Source: Anaeromyxobacteraceae bacterium (GTDB lineage Bacteria > Myxococcota > Myxococcia > Myxococcales > Anaeromyxobacteraceae). Taken from it: a stretch of DNA of 64,000 nt. The stretch is taken from assembly GCA_047602405.1 (NCBI GenBank), contig JASGHJ010000001.1, forward strand, positions 1,440,001-1,504,000, in the 5' to 3' direction. The translations under genes and the position numbers were made by a program. The notes under the pieces were generated by a model. That model was not told the DNA's origin, did no database searches, and saw only the letters and a list, made by a program, of their open reading frames with translations. Position 1 is the first letter of the stretch; each line of letters starts with the position of its first letter. Below, piece by piece: positions 10,301 through 19,203 of the stretch.

Positions 10301-10564
10301 ATGACCTCCGTCGCGATCGTCGCCGGCATGCTCCCGGTCGCGATCGGGGCGGGCGAGGGGCAGGACTTCAACGCGCCGCTCGGCCGGGCCGTCATCGGGG
10401 GTGTGATCACCTCCACGCTCCTGACCCTCCTCGTCATCCCGACGGTCTACGAGACGATGGACGGCTGGCGCGCCTGGTTCCGGTCGAAGCTCGGCCGCGG
10501 AGCCGCCGTCGCACACGGGGGCGGCGCCACGCCTGCGCACGCCGCGCACATGCGCCAGGAGTGA
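7388..10564 (+). CDS. RND efflux permease, AcrB/AcrD/AcrF family
   Basis: 1058 aa; YPGASPETVE, GILIDDAIVVRENI, VAKNAILLIDF, RLRPIVMTS. Confidence 0.95.
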   Translation: MYISDVAIKKPIFTITVMLALVGFGLVALASLKTDEFPDVQPPIVAVTIVYPGASPETVEREIVDPVEDALFSISGIDGKQTTASATDGLAQFLVFFDFEKNMQEATQDIRDAISSKRADLPTEMEEPILTRFDPSQEPILTFTVTSDSVPVPALTRLADEVVKRELRAVQGVADVRMAGGQKRELTVELRPDALAGAGVSAAEVVGALQSQNLAAPVGRVNTSLAERSIRLSGRLTTPDEFGQIPVATRNGQVVRLAQVATVKDAWEEPRTLALFDGREAVGLEILKTKGYSTTSVADQLKAKAAALGPRLPPGVKLAVVQDASERVRNSVGGVQQSLVEGALLTVLVVFFFLNSWRSTIITGLALPVSVLGGFVAIWVFGFTLNSMSLLGLSLAIGILIDDAIVVRENIVRHIELGQDHTTASFKGTDEIGLAVAATTFSIVAVFVPVAFMYGMAGQWFKPFALTIAAAVLVSLFVSFSLDPMLSAYWPDPQVEKGERRGPVGRALGAFNRWFDRQADRYKGVVAWALDHRLAMFAFATVAFFGSLFLQGAFGGSGFAPISDRREMNLIVQTPPGSSLEYTRGKVEEAVALLRQRPEVEYTYASIGTPIPLQAPGVDAATVYIRLVPKHARELSQDALGPVMRDALRPIAGAEISVFNSGWGGTFKPVQLQLRGPDQAVLNANAARIRDVVRGVPGAVDVGLSTRSQKPELEVVVDRGLAGSLGVSVGQIAQSLRIAFAGLDSGDWVDPTGETRDVMVRLAPEARQRAGDLRTLPLLVGQGGGPQAHPNVVPLGQLAAVREGVGPAQISHLDRERVVQIEANVQGLSLGEVQAEIDRRLKDQSLPAGYTLRAGGESADQAEVFGRILLALGTAVMLMYLVLVLQFQSFLDPFTILLSLPLSLIGVVLALLVTGDTLNIMSMIGIILLFGIVAKNAILLIDFAKWAREDRGLSIRDALIEAGRIRLRPIVMTSVAIVAGMLPVAIGAGEGQDFNAPLGRAVIGGVITSTLLTLLVIPTVYETMDGWRAWFRSKLGRGAAVAHGGGATPAHAAHMRQE

Positions 10565-10774
10565 GCGCGGCTTCACCGAAGGTCGAGGCGCGATCCCGGG
10601 CCGGGGCGCACGCTCCGCGCGAGGCGCGCGCCGCTGACCCCTCGGTATGGGGACACCCCCGCGCCCCCGGTGCGGGGCCGCTCGGTTTCCGCGCACTTGG
10701 CGCGGTGCCGGACACGGCCCCGGCCTTGCAGCTTCCGCCCATGTCCGCGGTGTCGCGCGGACGGAACGGAAGCC

Positions 10775-11017
10775 ATGTCCTCGTGCCCCCAGAAGACGGT
10801 CTGCGCGCTGACCAACCACCTCACCATGAAGGCCGCGCTCTCCGTCTGGCAGTCGTTCTACTGCGAGGGCTCCCACGCGCGCTGCGAGCGGTTCAAGCTG
10901 GCCAACGCAGGGATGACGCCGCCCCCGCGCCTCCTCCCGAACGGCCGCCTCCAGGACCCCACCGAGCAGCCCATCGGAGAGCAGGCCCCGGCCGCCGGCG
11001 CGACCCGGGCCGCCTAG
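10775..11017 (+). CDS. Small four-Cys hypothetical protein
   Basis: MSSCPQKTVCAL...YCEGSHARCERF...LLPNGRL; host-like codon usage from ATG 10775. Confidence 0.6.
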   Translation: MSSCPQKTVCALTNHLTMKAALSVWQSFYCEGSHARCERFKLANAGMTPPPRLLPNGRLQDPTEQPIGEQAPAAGATRAA

Positions 11018-11112
11018 GCCCCGGCGCCAGGCCCGGTGCCGGACGCGGAGGCCCCCGGCCGACCCCCGGCGTTTCCCTTGTCACCAACGCACTGACGGTG
11101 TAGTCGGACCGG

Positions 11113-13908
11113 ATGCGCCGACCCACCTCGACCCTCGCCGCTGCCCTCCTCGCCGCTGCACTGCTCGCCGGCTGCGCCCCGGTCTCGCAGTACAAGCCCA
11201 AAGGCGAGCTCGTCCCGTACCAGGGCTTCCACGCGCGGCTCCCGAGCGGGCTGCAGGTCATCGTCTACGAGGTCCCGCAGGTCGACCGCTTCGGCCTGAC
11301 CGTCTCCTACGGCTCCGGCTCCGCGGAGGACCCCGCCGGCAAGGAGGGGCTCGCGCACCTCGTCGAGCACCTCCTCTTCCGCACCGCGCCGGCGGGCTCG
11401 AACGGCGCGCCGATCTGGGACCAGCTCACCGCGAACGGCTGGCGCTTCAACGCCACCACCGACTGGGACTCGACCGACTACTTCGAGGTGGGCAAGCCCT
11501 CCGAGCTGGGCGACGCGCTCCGCCTCGAGGCGAGCCGCATGCGCGAGCCGCTCGCCGGCATCGACGAGAAGACCTTCCTCACCGAGCGCGACGTCGTGCT
11601 CTCCGAGTACCGCGAGCGCTTCGAGACGAACCGGGTCGGCGCGCAGGTCGCGTGGCTCCTCGAGGGCGCCTTCCCGTCCCACCCCTACGGCCGCCCGGTG
11701 GGCGGCACGCCCGAGACGCTCCGCGCGATCACGCTCGGCGACACCGCCGCCTGGGTGAAGGAGCGCTACCAGCCCCGGAACGCGGTGCTCGTCGTCACCT
11801 CGCCGTACAGGTCACGGGAGGTGATGCGCCGGGTGCTCGAGGGCTTCGGCGAGCTCGCCGAGCCGCCCGGCCTCGAACAGGCGCCGCGCGTCCTGACGGC
11901 CGCGCAGCTCCCGCCCCGGCCGGGCGAGGTCGCGCCGATGGTGGTGAAGAAGGCCCCGGTCCGCCAGCCCACGGTGTGGGTCGGCTGGGCGGTCCCCGGG
12001 CTCGCGGCGCAGAAGGACCCGCAGGGCGAGGCGGCGGCGAACGCCATCGCGCGGGCGTTCTCCACGCTCGTCTACACCTCGTTCGGCAGCGCCGCGCTCA
12101 GCCGGGTGGAGGGCTTCGGCGTCTTCTACGCGCCGATCGGCGCGCAGGGCATGATCGTGCTCACCGCGAACCTCGCCGACGCCGGCGACGCGGAGCGCGT
12201 GGTCGAGCTCGCGCGCTCGGCCGCGGTGGAGCTCATCCTCGACGACCAGGGCGACCCGAACGACCCGCTCACCGAGCGGGCCCGCAAGCTCACCGTCATC
12301 GAGACCCGCGACCAGCTCCTCGTGGATGCGTACCTCGAGCTCGAGCACCTCGACGGCGCGGGCGTCGCCGCCTACCTGCGCGCCACCGGCGAGCCGGACT
12401 ACCTCGCCGGCCGGCGGCGGAACATCAGCGCGACGCTCAACTCCGACATCTCGAGCTACGCCGCCGAGAACCTGAAGCGCGAGCGCTCGGTCTCACTGCT
12501 CGTGCTGCCCGACGCGAACGGCCTCGCCGCCGGCCTCGTGGGCGCGGCGGGCGCCGGCGGCGCCTCGACGCTCGTCGGGCCGGACCGGAACGACCTCGAG
12601 GACGGCCGCTGGGCGCCGCCGGGCCCCGACCGCGTCCGGGAGGTGGCCCGCGCGCCGGGCCTCGCCACGACCGCGCGCCGGGTGCTGCCGAACGGGCTCG
12701 AGGTGCTGCTCGCGCGGCGCGGCTCCCTGCCGGTCGCCGAGGTCCACCTCCTCCTGCGCACCTCGGTGGCCGGCACGCCCGACCTGCCGGCGGGCAGCCC
12801 CGCGTTCGCGCTCGCCGCGAACGTCGCCCGCTTCGCCGCCGTCGGCGCGACGCGGGTCGGCGCCGCGAGCCAGGTCTCGATCGGCCGCGAGACCGTGCAG
12901 CGGGTGACCTGGGGCTCCTCCTCGAACCTCGAGGTGCTGCTCGAGAGCACCGCCCAGTGGGCGCGCGACCAGAAGGTCCGCTACCACGACGAGATCGAGG
13001 ACGCGTACCTCCGGGTCGTGAAGCGCTGGGAGCGCGAGCCCGAGACCGTCGCCTCGGCCGCGCTGATGCGGGGGCTCTTCCCCGGCCACCCGTACGCCGC
13101 CATGCCGAGCGCGGAGGCGCTCAAGCAGGGCGGGACGAAGCCGCTCGCGCGCTTCCTCGACGAGGAGTTCCGCCCCGAGCGCGCCGCGCTCGTGGTCGTG
13201 TCGAACCAGCCCGAGTCGCCCGAGCTGTGGGCCGCCATCGAGCGCCACTTCGGCGGCTGGTCGCGGGGGACCGCCGCGCGCGCGGAGCCTCCGCCGCCGG
13301 CCCCGCAGCGCCGCCGCCTCGTCCTCGTCGACCGCCGGGGCGCGAGCCAGGCCCTCATCGCGGTCGGGCTGCGCGCGCCGGCGTGGCCCTCCCGCGACCG
13401 CGCCGCCGCGGACGCCGCGGTCTGGCTCGTCGAGAACCGGCTCATGCAGCGCCTCCGCATCGCCGAGGGCGTCACCTACGGCGCCCACGTCGGCATCCTC
13501 GACCAGCGCGGCGCGAGCGCGCTCCTCGTCTCCACCGCGGTGACGCGCGAGGCGGCGGCCCGCAGCCTCGGCACCACGCTCGCCACGCTCGAGACCCTCG
13601 CGAAGGCGGAGGTCACCCCCGGCGAGGCGGGCCGCGCCCGCTGGCAGGTCGCCCGCGGGTACGCCACCGCCTTCGACACCGTGGCCGGCTCGGCGGCGGC
13701 GCTCGTCGAGGCGGCGGAGTTCGGGGCGGAGCCCGGGGCGGTGGACGCGCACGCCGAGGCCATCGCGACGCTCGACGCCGCGCGGATCCAGAAGGCCGTG
13801 GGGGCCCTCCCCATCGGGCAGGAGTCGATCGTGGTGCTGGGCGACGCCGAGACCCTGAAGCCGCAGCTCGAGGCGGCGGGGTTCAGCCCGGAGCTGATCA
13901 GGCCCTAG
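11113..13908 (+). CDS. M16 family (pitrilysin/insulinase-like) zinc peptidase, lipoprotein
   Basis: Lipobox LAGC; GLAHLVEH (inverted HxxEH), NATT, HPYGRP; second M16 lobe starting LPNGLEV. Confidence 0.9.
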   Translation: MRRPTSTLAAALLAAALLAGCAPVSQYKPKGELVPYQGFHARLPSGLQVIVYEVPQVDRFGLTVSYGSGSAEDPAGKEGLAHLVEHLLFRTAPAGSNGAPIWDQLTANGWRFNATTDWDSTDYFEVGKPSELGDALRLEASRMREPLAGIDEKTFLTERDVVLSEYRERFETNRVGAQVAWLLEGAFPSHPYGRPVGGTPETLRAITLGDTAAWVKERYQPRNAVLVVTSPYRSREVMRRVLEGFGELAEPPGLEQAPRVLTAAQLPPRPGEVAPMVVKKAPVRQPTVWVGWAVPGLAAQKDPQGEAAANAIARAFSTLVYTSFGSAALSRVEGFGVFYAPIGAQGMIVLTANLADAGDAERVVELARSAAVELILDDQGDPNDPLTERARKLTVIETRDQLLVDAYLELEHLDGAGVAAYLRATGEPDYLAGRRRNISATLNSDISSYAAENLKRERSVSLLVLPDANGLAAGLVGAAGAGGASTLVGPDRNDLEDGRWAPPGPDRVREVARAPGLATTARRVLPNGLEVLLARRGSLPVAEVHLLLRTSVAGTPDLPAGSPAFALAANVARFAAVGATRVGAASQVSIGRETVQRVTWGSSSNLEVLLESTAQWARDQKVRYHDEIEDAYLRVVKRWEREPETVASAALMRGLFPGHPYAAMPSAEALKQGGTKPLARFLDEEFRPERAALVVVSNQPESPELWAAIERHFGGWSRGTAARAEPPPPAPQRRRLVLVDRRGASQALIAVGLRAPAWPSRDRAAADAAVWLVENRLMQRLRIAEGVTYGAHVGILDQRGASALLVSTAVTREAAARSLGTTLATLETLAKAEVTPGEAGRARWQVARGYATAFDTVAGSAAALVEAAEFGAEPGAVDAHAEAIATLDAARIQKAVGALPIGQESIVVLGDAETLKPQLEAAGFSPELIRP

Positions 13909-14753
13909 CGGGAAGGCCGCCGCAGCGTCAGCGCGATCCCGAGGAGGATCACCGCGCCCGCCGCGGCGATCCTGGGCGTGAGCCGCTCGCCCAGGAACGC
14001 GGTGGCGCCGAGGCCGGCGAGGATCGGCACCGAGAGCTGCACGGCGGCGGCGCGGGTCGCCCCGAGCGCCGGGACCGCCGCGTACCAGAGGCTGTAGCCA
14101 CCGCCGGAGGCGAGCGCGCCGGAGGCCGCGGCGAGGGCGAGGCCAGCCGGCGTCGCGTGGGCGTCCTTCCAGAGCGCCGCCGAGAAGAGGAGCGCCCCCG
14201 GCAGCGCGAGCGCGAAGTTGCCCGCGGTGGTCGCGAGCGGGTCCCTCGCGCCGCGGCCCCGGAGCGTGTACGCGCCCCACGCCGCGCCGGCCGCGAGCAT
14301 GAGCCCGGCGCCGGCGGGATCCGGCGCGGTCGCGCCGGGGAGGACGAGCCAGGCGAGGCCGCCGAGGGCGAGCGCGATGCCGAGCGCGGCGAGCCCGCCG
14401 GGGCGCGCGCCGCGCAGCGCGCCCCAGCCCACCATCGAGACCTGGACCGCGCCGAAGAGGAGGAGCGCGCCCACGCCGGCGCCGATGCGGACGTACGCGA
14501 GCGAGAACGCGACGGCGTAGGCCACGAGCGCGAGCGCCGAGGGCCAGCTTCCTCCCGACGGCCGCGCCCGGCGCGCGACCGCGACGAGCGCCGCGAGCGC
14601 GGCGGCGCCCGAGGCGAGGCGCACGAGCGTGAACGTCGCCGGGTCGACGAGCCCGGGCCGCAGCGCCGCGCGGCACAGGAGCGAGTTCGCCGCGAAGCAC
14701 GCGAGCGAGGCCGCGGTGAGGAGGACGAGCCGGGGGCGGGACAATCGCGGCAC
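13905..14753 (-). CDS. DMT/EamA family transporter
   Basis: About 10 hydrophobic segments; FAANSLLCRAAL, AVQLSVP, LGE motifs. Confidence 0.85.
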   Translation of the reverse strand: MPRLSRPRLVLLTAASLACFAANSLLCRAALRPGLVDPATFTLVRLASGAAALAALVAVARRARPSGGSWPSALALVAYAVAFSLAYVRIGAGVGALLLFGAVQVSMVGWGALRGARPGGLAALGIALALGGLAWLVLPGATAPDPAGAGLMLAAGAAWGAYTLRGRGARDPLATTAGNFALALPGALLFSAALWKDAHATPAGLALAAASGALASGGGYSLWYAAVPALGATRAAAVQLSVPILAGLGATAFLGERLTPRIAAAGAVILLGIALTLRRPSR

Positions 14754-14783
14754 CCTAGCATCCCGGCTCGCCCCCCTCGTGGG

Positions 14784-15893
14784 TCACCTGCCCCGCAGCT
14801 TCCGGAACCGGCGCGCCTCCCTGTGGATCGCCCGCCACTTCTGCTTCTGCGCGCGCTGCGCCGCGCCGTCCCGCCGGGCGTCCTGCCACGCGAGCTCGCG
14901 GGCGAGCTTCGCGTGGCTCTCGACCCGCGCGGCGTCGAGCGTGCCGGACACGACCGCCGCCTGGACGGCGCAGCCCGGCTCGCCCTCGTGGCGGCAGTCG
15001 ACGAACCTGCAACCCTCCGCGATCACGGCGACGTCCTCGAAGGCCCGCTCGAGCCCGGCACCGTCCCACAGCCGGAGCTCGCGGATGCCGGGGCCGTCCA
15101 CGATGAAGCCTCCGCCGGGTAGCGCGAAGAGGGCGCGCCCGGTGGTGGTGTGGCGGCCGCGCGCGTCGTGCTCCCGGACCTCGCGGGTCGCCTGGACGGC
15201 GCCGCCGAGGAGCGCGTTCACGAGCGTGGATTTCCCCGCGCCGGACGGGCCGACGAGGACGCCGGTCAGCGCCGGCGCGAGCCGCGCCGCGAGGGCGGGC
15301 ACCCCGTCGCCGGTGAGGCCGGACGCGACGAGCACGTCCGCGCCGCCCGCCGCCGCGCGGGCCTCGGCCACCACCGCCTCGAGCGCGCCGGGGTCGCCGA
15401 GCGCGTCCGCCTTCGTGAGCACGACGACGGGCTCCGCGCCGCCCGCGTGCACCGCCGCGAGCGTCCGCTCGAGGCGGCGCGGGTTCACGCCCTCGTCGAG
15501 CCCCTGCACCACGAACGCGACGTCGACGTTGGCCGCGAGCACCTGCTCGGCGGTCCCGCGCCCGGCCGCGTTGCGCGAGAGGCGCGAGCGGCGCTCGAGC
15601 ACGCGCACGACCACGGGCTCCTCGCCGGGCTCGGCGAGGAGGAAGTCGCCCACCACGGGCGGTTGGGCTTCCGCCAGCGGGCCGGCGTCGCGCAGGCGTG
15701 GCGGCACCACCACGAGCCGGTCGCCGTCGCCGAACCGCACGAGGAGCCGCGGGCCGCGATCGGCGATCGCGCGGCCGGGGAGGAGCGTCTGGAGCTCCTC
15801 GAGGGAGAGCTGGGAAGAGAAGAAGGGGCCGAAGCCCACGCCGCTGAGACCGCCACAGCCGGGTTCGAGAGACCGGAACCGTTCGAGAGACAA
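14784..15893 (-). CDS. rsgA: Ribosome small subunit-dependent GTPase A
   Basis: Circularly permuted GTPase motifs TKAD, GPSGAGKST, GRHTTT, DGPGIR; Zn finger CRFVDCRHEGEPGC. Likely TTG start at 15893 with a GAGG RBS. Confidence 0.92.
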   Translation of the reverse strand: MSLERFRSLEPGCGGLSGVGFGPFFSSQLSLEELQTLLPGRAIADRGPRLLVRFGDGDRLVVVPPRLRDAGPLAEAQPPVVGDFLLAEPGEEPVVVRVLERRSRLSRNAAGRGTAEQVLAANVDVAFVVQGLDEGVNPRRLERTLAAVHAGGAEPVVVLTKADALGDPGALEAVVAEARAAAGGADVLVASGLTGDGVPALAARLAPALTGVLVGPSGAGKSTLVNALLGGAVQATREVREHDARGRHTTTGRALFALPGGGFIVDGPGIRELRLWDGAGLERAFEDVAVIAEGCRFVDCRHEGEPGCAVQAAVVSGTLDAARVESHAKLARELAWQDARRDGAAQRAQKQKWRAIHREARRFRKLRGR

Positions 15894-15896
15894 GAC

Positions 15897-16056
15897 GTGC
15901 CTCGCATACACGAGTGACCGCGAGGGCGCGGCACCCCTCCGCCATCGAGGCGGGGAGGCGCGCGCCCGGGGACCGCCGCCGCGGGCACCGTCCCCGGGTC
16001 AGCGGGGAGGGGCGCGGCGACGACTCGAGCTAGCGGGCAAGGTCCGTCATCGCTCC
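15897..16056 (-). promoter_or_regulatory. Putative attenuator-like leader of rsgA with uORF MTDLAR* (16050-16030)
   Basis: uORF preceded by GGAG; alternative hairpins; CCTCGC/GCGAGG pairing would cover the rsgA RBS. Confidence 0.4.
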
Positions 16057-16084
16057 GGCGTATATCGAGTCCGGCGCGGGCCCG

Positions 16085-16780
16085 TCAAGCGGCGCTGCCG
16101 CCTGGGCCGGGTCCCACGCCGAGCGCGCCGAGCACGCGCGCGACCATCCGGTCGCAGCGCGCGCCGAGGAAGCCGAACAGCTCCGCGGCGGCCCCGCCAA
16201 GCTCCGTCTCGACCTGCGCGCGCACGGCCGCGCGGGCCCGGTGGAGCCGCACCTTCACCGCGCCCTCGTCGACGCCGAGGGCGGCGGCGACCTCGGCGGT
16301 CGAGAGCCCCTCGGCCTCGCGGAGCACGTACACCTCGCGGAGCGCCGGCGAGAGCCGGTCGACCGCGGCCTCGAGCATCGTCAGGGCCTCGCGCGCGGCG
16401 GCGCGGCGCTCGGGGCCCGCGGCCTCGGGTGCGGGGGTCTCGTCCGCCATGTCGGCCTCCGTGTCCGGCACCGGGCCGAGGGGGGGTCGGCCGCGGATCC
16501 GCGAGCGTGCAGCGTTGAGCGCGATCCGGACGAGCCAGGTGCCGAGGGCGGACGCGCCCTCGAACTCGCCGAGGTGGGCGTAGGCGGCGAGCCAGGCCTG
16601 CTGCATGGCGTCCTCCGCCTCCGCCTCGTCGCGCAGCACGGCGCGCACGGCGCGCCAGACCTTCGCGTTGTGCCGGCGCATGAGCACCTCGAACAGCGCG
16701 GTCTCGCCGGCGAGGACGCGGGCGATGACGTCCGCGTCCGGGAGACCCGAGGGTGAGGAGGCCGTGGCGGGGGCGAGCAT
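16085..16780 (-). CDS. ECF RNA polymerase sigma factor with short C-terminal extension
   Basis: Region 2 AEDAMQQAWL..TWLVRIALN; region 4 LREAEGLSTAEVA..VKVRLHRAR; tail FGFLGARCDRMV. Confidence 0.9.
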   Translation of the reverse strand: MLAPATASSPSGLPDADVIARVLAGETALFEVLMRRHNAKVWRAVRAVLRDEAEAEDAMQQAWLAAYAHLGEFEGASALGTWLVRIALNAARSRIRGRPPLGPVPDTEADMADETPAPEAAGPERRAAAREALTMLEAAVDRLSPALREVYVLREAEGLSTAEVAAALGVDEGAVKVRLHRARAAVRAQVETELGGAAAELFGFLGARCDRMVARVLGALGVGPGPGGSAA

Positions 16781-16820
16781 GTGCTTCTCCCGATCTGGGA
16801 CGAACGGGCGTCGCGCGCCA

Positions 16821-17240
16821 CTACGCGCCGGCCGGGGCCCCGGAGGGGCGGGCCTGCAGCGGAGCGGCCGCCGTCTCGTGCACCTCCGCGAGGCGCGCGA
16901 CGCCCCAGGCGGCGAGGGCCATCACGAGGTCGCGCACGGCGACGTCGAGGTGCAGCCCGAGCACGAGGTTCACCGCCACGAGCACGAGCCAGGCCGCGAC
17001 CACTCGCCCGCCGAGCCGCGGCCGCACGAGCACCAGCACGCCCGCCGCGATCTCGACGAGGCCGACGATCCGCATGAAGGCCGCCGGCGAGACGGGCAGG
17101 AGGCTCCGGGCGAGCGGGCTGACGTACGCCTCCCAGTCGGCCAGCAAGTTCAAGAACTTGTCGGCCCCGGCGGCGATGGGGACGAACACGAAGGCACCCT
17201 TCAGGGCGCGGTACACGGATTCCACGCGGCGGTCGTTCAT
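16821..17240 (-). CDS. DoxX-like membrane protein
   Basis: AGADKFLNLL.DWEAY, MRIVGLVEIAAG, DVAVRD; 3-4 TM segments; GAGGA RBS. Confidence 0.7.
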   Translation of the reverse strand: MNDRRVESVYRALKGAFVFVPIAAGADKFLNLLADWEAYVSPLARSLLPVSPAAFMRIVGLVEIAAGVLVLVRPRLGGRVVAAWLVLVAVNLVLGLHLDVAVRDLVMALAAWGVARLAEVHETAAAPLQARPSGAPAGA

Positions 17241-17291
17241 GGCGGTCCTCGCTTTCTCTCCCGTTGGATGCGCCAGCCAGCCGGAAGGTTA

Positions 17292-17332
17292 CGTGTCCGG
17301 CACCGCGCGCATCCGCGTGTCCGGCACCGCGC
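17292..17332. repeat. Tandem pair of the GTGTCCGGCACC motif (24-bp period)
   Basis: CGTGTCCGGCACCGCGC at 17292 and 17316, between two divergent ECF operons. Confidence 0.8.
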
Positions 17333-17409
17333 TCACCTGGTCTAGACTCGTCCCGAGATCGTTTCCTGCCCCTGCGCGTTCACCTCGGCGAAGGGGCCCG
17401 TGAGGTCGG

Positions 17410-18024
17410 GTGTCGGCGGACGAGAGCGACGAACGGTTGATGCTCCGGTTCCGGCGCGGCGACGCGAGGGCCTTCGAGGTCCTCGTGAGCCGCCACCGGA
17501 CGCCCGTGCACTCGTTCCTCGTTCGCCTCACCGGCGACCGCGCCCGGGCCGAGGACCTGTGCCAGGACGCCTTCCTCCGGGTGGTGAAGGCGGCCGCCAC
17601 CTGGGAGGAGCGCGCGACGTTCAAGACCTGGCTGTTCACCATCGCCCGCAACCTCGCCTCCGACGAGGCCCGGCGGGCCGCCTTCCGGCGCACCGACGAC
17701 CTCGACGCGCCCGGCGGCGCGGCGGCGACCGGGGCGGCGGACGCCCCGGGGCCGGACGAGGCGGTGGCGGCGGCGCTGCTCCGGCCCAAGCTCGAGGCCG
17801 CGCTCGCCGCGCTCCCGGCGGAGCAGCGCGAGGTCTTCCTCCTGCGCGAGCACGCCGGGCTGCGCTTCGCCGAGATCGCCGACGTCACCGGCACGCCGGA
17901 GAACACCGTGAAGAGCCGCATGCGGTACGCCCTCGAGGGCCTGCGCCAGAGGCTCGAGGCGATGGGCGTCACCGCCGAGGACGCCGTCCCGCAGCCCAGA
18001 GGCGGGACGAGCGCGCTGCCATGA
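17410..18024 (+). CDS. ECF RNA polymerase sigma factor
   Basis: DERLM..GDARAFE, AEDLCQDAFL, FKTWLFTIARN, TVKSRMRYAL. Confidence 0.92.
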   Translation: MSADESDERLMLRFRRGDARAFEVLVSRHRTPVHSFLVRLTGDRARAEDLCQDAFLRVVKAAATWEERATFKTWLFTIARNLASDEARRAAFRRTDDLDAPGGAAATGAADAPGPDEAVAAALLRPKLEAALAALPAEQREVFLLREHAGLRFAEIADVTGTPENTVKSRMRYALEGLRQRLEAMGVTAEDAVPQPRGGTSALP

Positions 18025-19172
18025 CCGACCCTGTTGGCATGAACGACCACGCCGAGCGCGACCTCCTCCTCGACCTCGCCTACGGCGAGCTCTCCGACGC
18101 CGACGCGAGGCGCGTGCGCGCGCACGTCGCCGGCTGCGCCTCGTGCCGCGCGGAGCTCGCGCGGATGCAGGGCACGCGGCAGCTGATGGGCGCGCTCCCC
18201 GAGGTGCCGGCGCCGGAGCGCGGCGAGCGCGTGCTCCTCGCCGCCGCGCGCGAGGCGGCCGGGCGGGCGCGCGCGCCGCGCGGGCTCCCGCGCTGGCTCG
18301 TCCCGGCGGTCGCGCTCGCCGCGACCGTGACGGTCGTGACCGCGGTGTCGCTGCGCGAGGGGCGCGAGGCCGCGGGCCACATGGCCGAGCGGCCGGACGT
18401 CCTCATGAAGCCGGCGGCGCCGCCGGAGGTGGAGAAGGCCGACCGCGCCGTGGCGGAGGAGAGGTCCCGCCACGCCGAGCCGCCGCCCGCCGCCCTCCCC
18501 GCGCCGCCGCCCACGCCCCGCCGCGCGGCCGCGAAGGCGGCCCCGGCGCGCGAGGCGGAGCACGCCGGGGAGGGTGAGGTCGGCGGCGTGTACGGCGCGG
18601 CGGGCGGTGGCGCGGCGTCGTCGAAGGCCGCGGCGCCGGCGGCGGACGCGCCGGCGGAGGGCTCGCTGCAGCGCCTGCAGGACCGCGACGACGCCGGCCC
18701 GCGCCCCGGCGCACCCGCGCCCCCACCGGCCCCGGAGGCCGCGGCCCAGCCGCCGGCGAGCGGCGAGCTCGCCGCGGAGGACGACCGGCGGCCGGTGCGC
18801 TCGGAGGCCGCCCCGGCGCCGGCCGCGCGCGCCCCCGCTCCCGCGGCGCCCGCCCCTGCGAAGAAGGCCGAGCAGCGCGCGCTCGCCAGCGGGCCCGCGC
18901 CCGAGGTCCGCACGTTCCCGTCCTGCCCGGGCGAGTCGCGCCGCGAGGTCGTGCGCGACGCCGCCGGCCGCGTGCGGCGCTACGTCCGCGAGGGCGAGGC
19001 CGAGGGACGCCAGGTGCGGGTCGAGCTCGAGTTCGACGCCGCCGGGGCGCTCACCGCGGAGCGCGCCCGCGACCTCGCGACCGGCGCCGCGGTGTCGCCG
19101 CGCCTCCTGCCCGGGTTGCCGCGCGCCGCCGCGCAGGTCGATCCCCGGGCGCCGCCCCGCTGCGGTCCGTAG
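18021..19172 (+). CDS. Zinc-finger (zf-HC2/ZAS) anti-sigma factor
   Basis: ATG overlaps the sigma stop (ATGA); HVAGCASC motif, one TM segment, long Pro/Ala linker and a small C-terminal domain with two Cys. Confidence 0.8.
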   Translation: MTDPVGMNDHAERDLLLDLAYGELSDADARRVRAHVAGCASCRAELARMQGTRQLMGALPEVPAPERGERVLLAAAREAAGRARAPRGLPRWLVPAVALAATVTVVTAVSLREGREAAGHMAERPDVLMKPAAPPEVEKADRAVAEERSRHAEPPPAALPAPPPTPRRAAAKAAPAREAEHAGEGEVGGVYGAAGGGAASSKAAAPAADAPAEGSLQRLQDRDDAGPRPGAPAPPPAPEAAAQPPASGELAAEDDRRPVRSEAAPAPAARAPAPAAPAPAKKAEQRALASGPAPEVRTFPSCPGESRREVVRDAAGRVRRYVREGEAEGRQVRVELEFDAAGALTAERARDLATGAAVSPRLLPGLPRAAAQVDPRAPPRCGP

Positions 19173-19203
19173 CCGCTGCCGGGTTAGCTGCTAGCATACG
19201 GGC

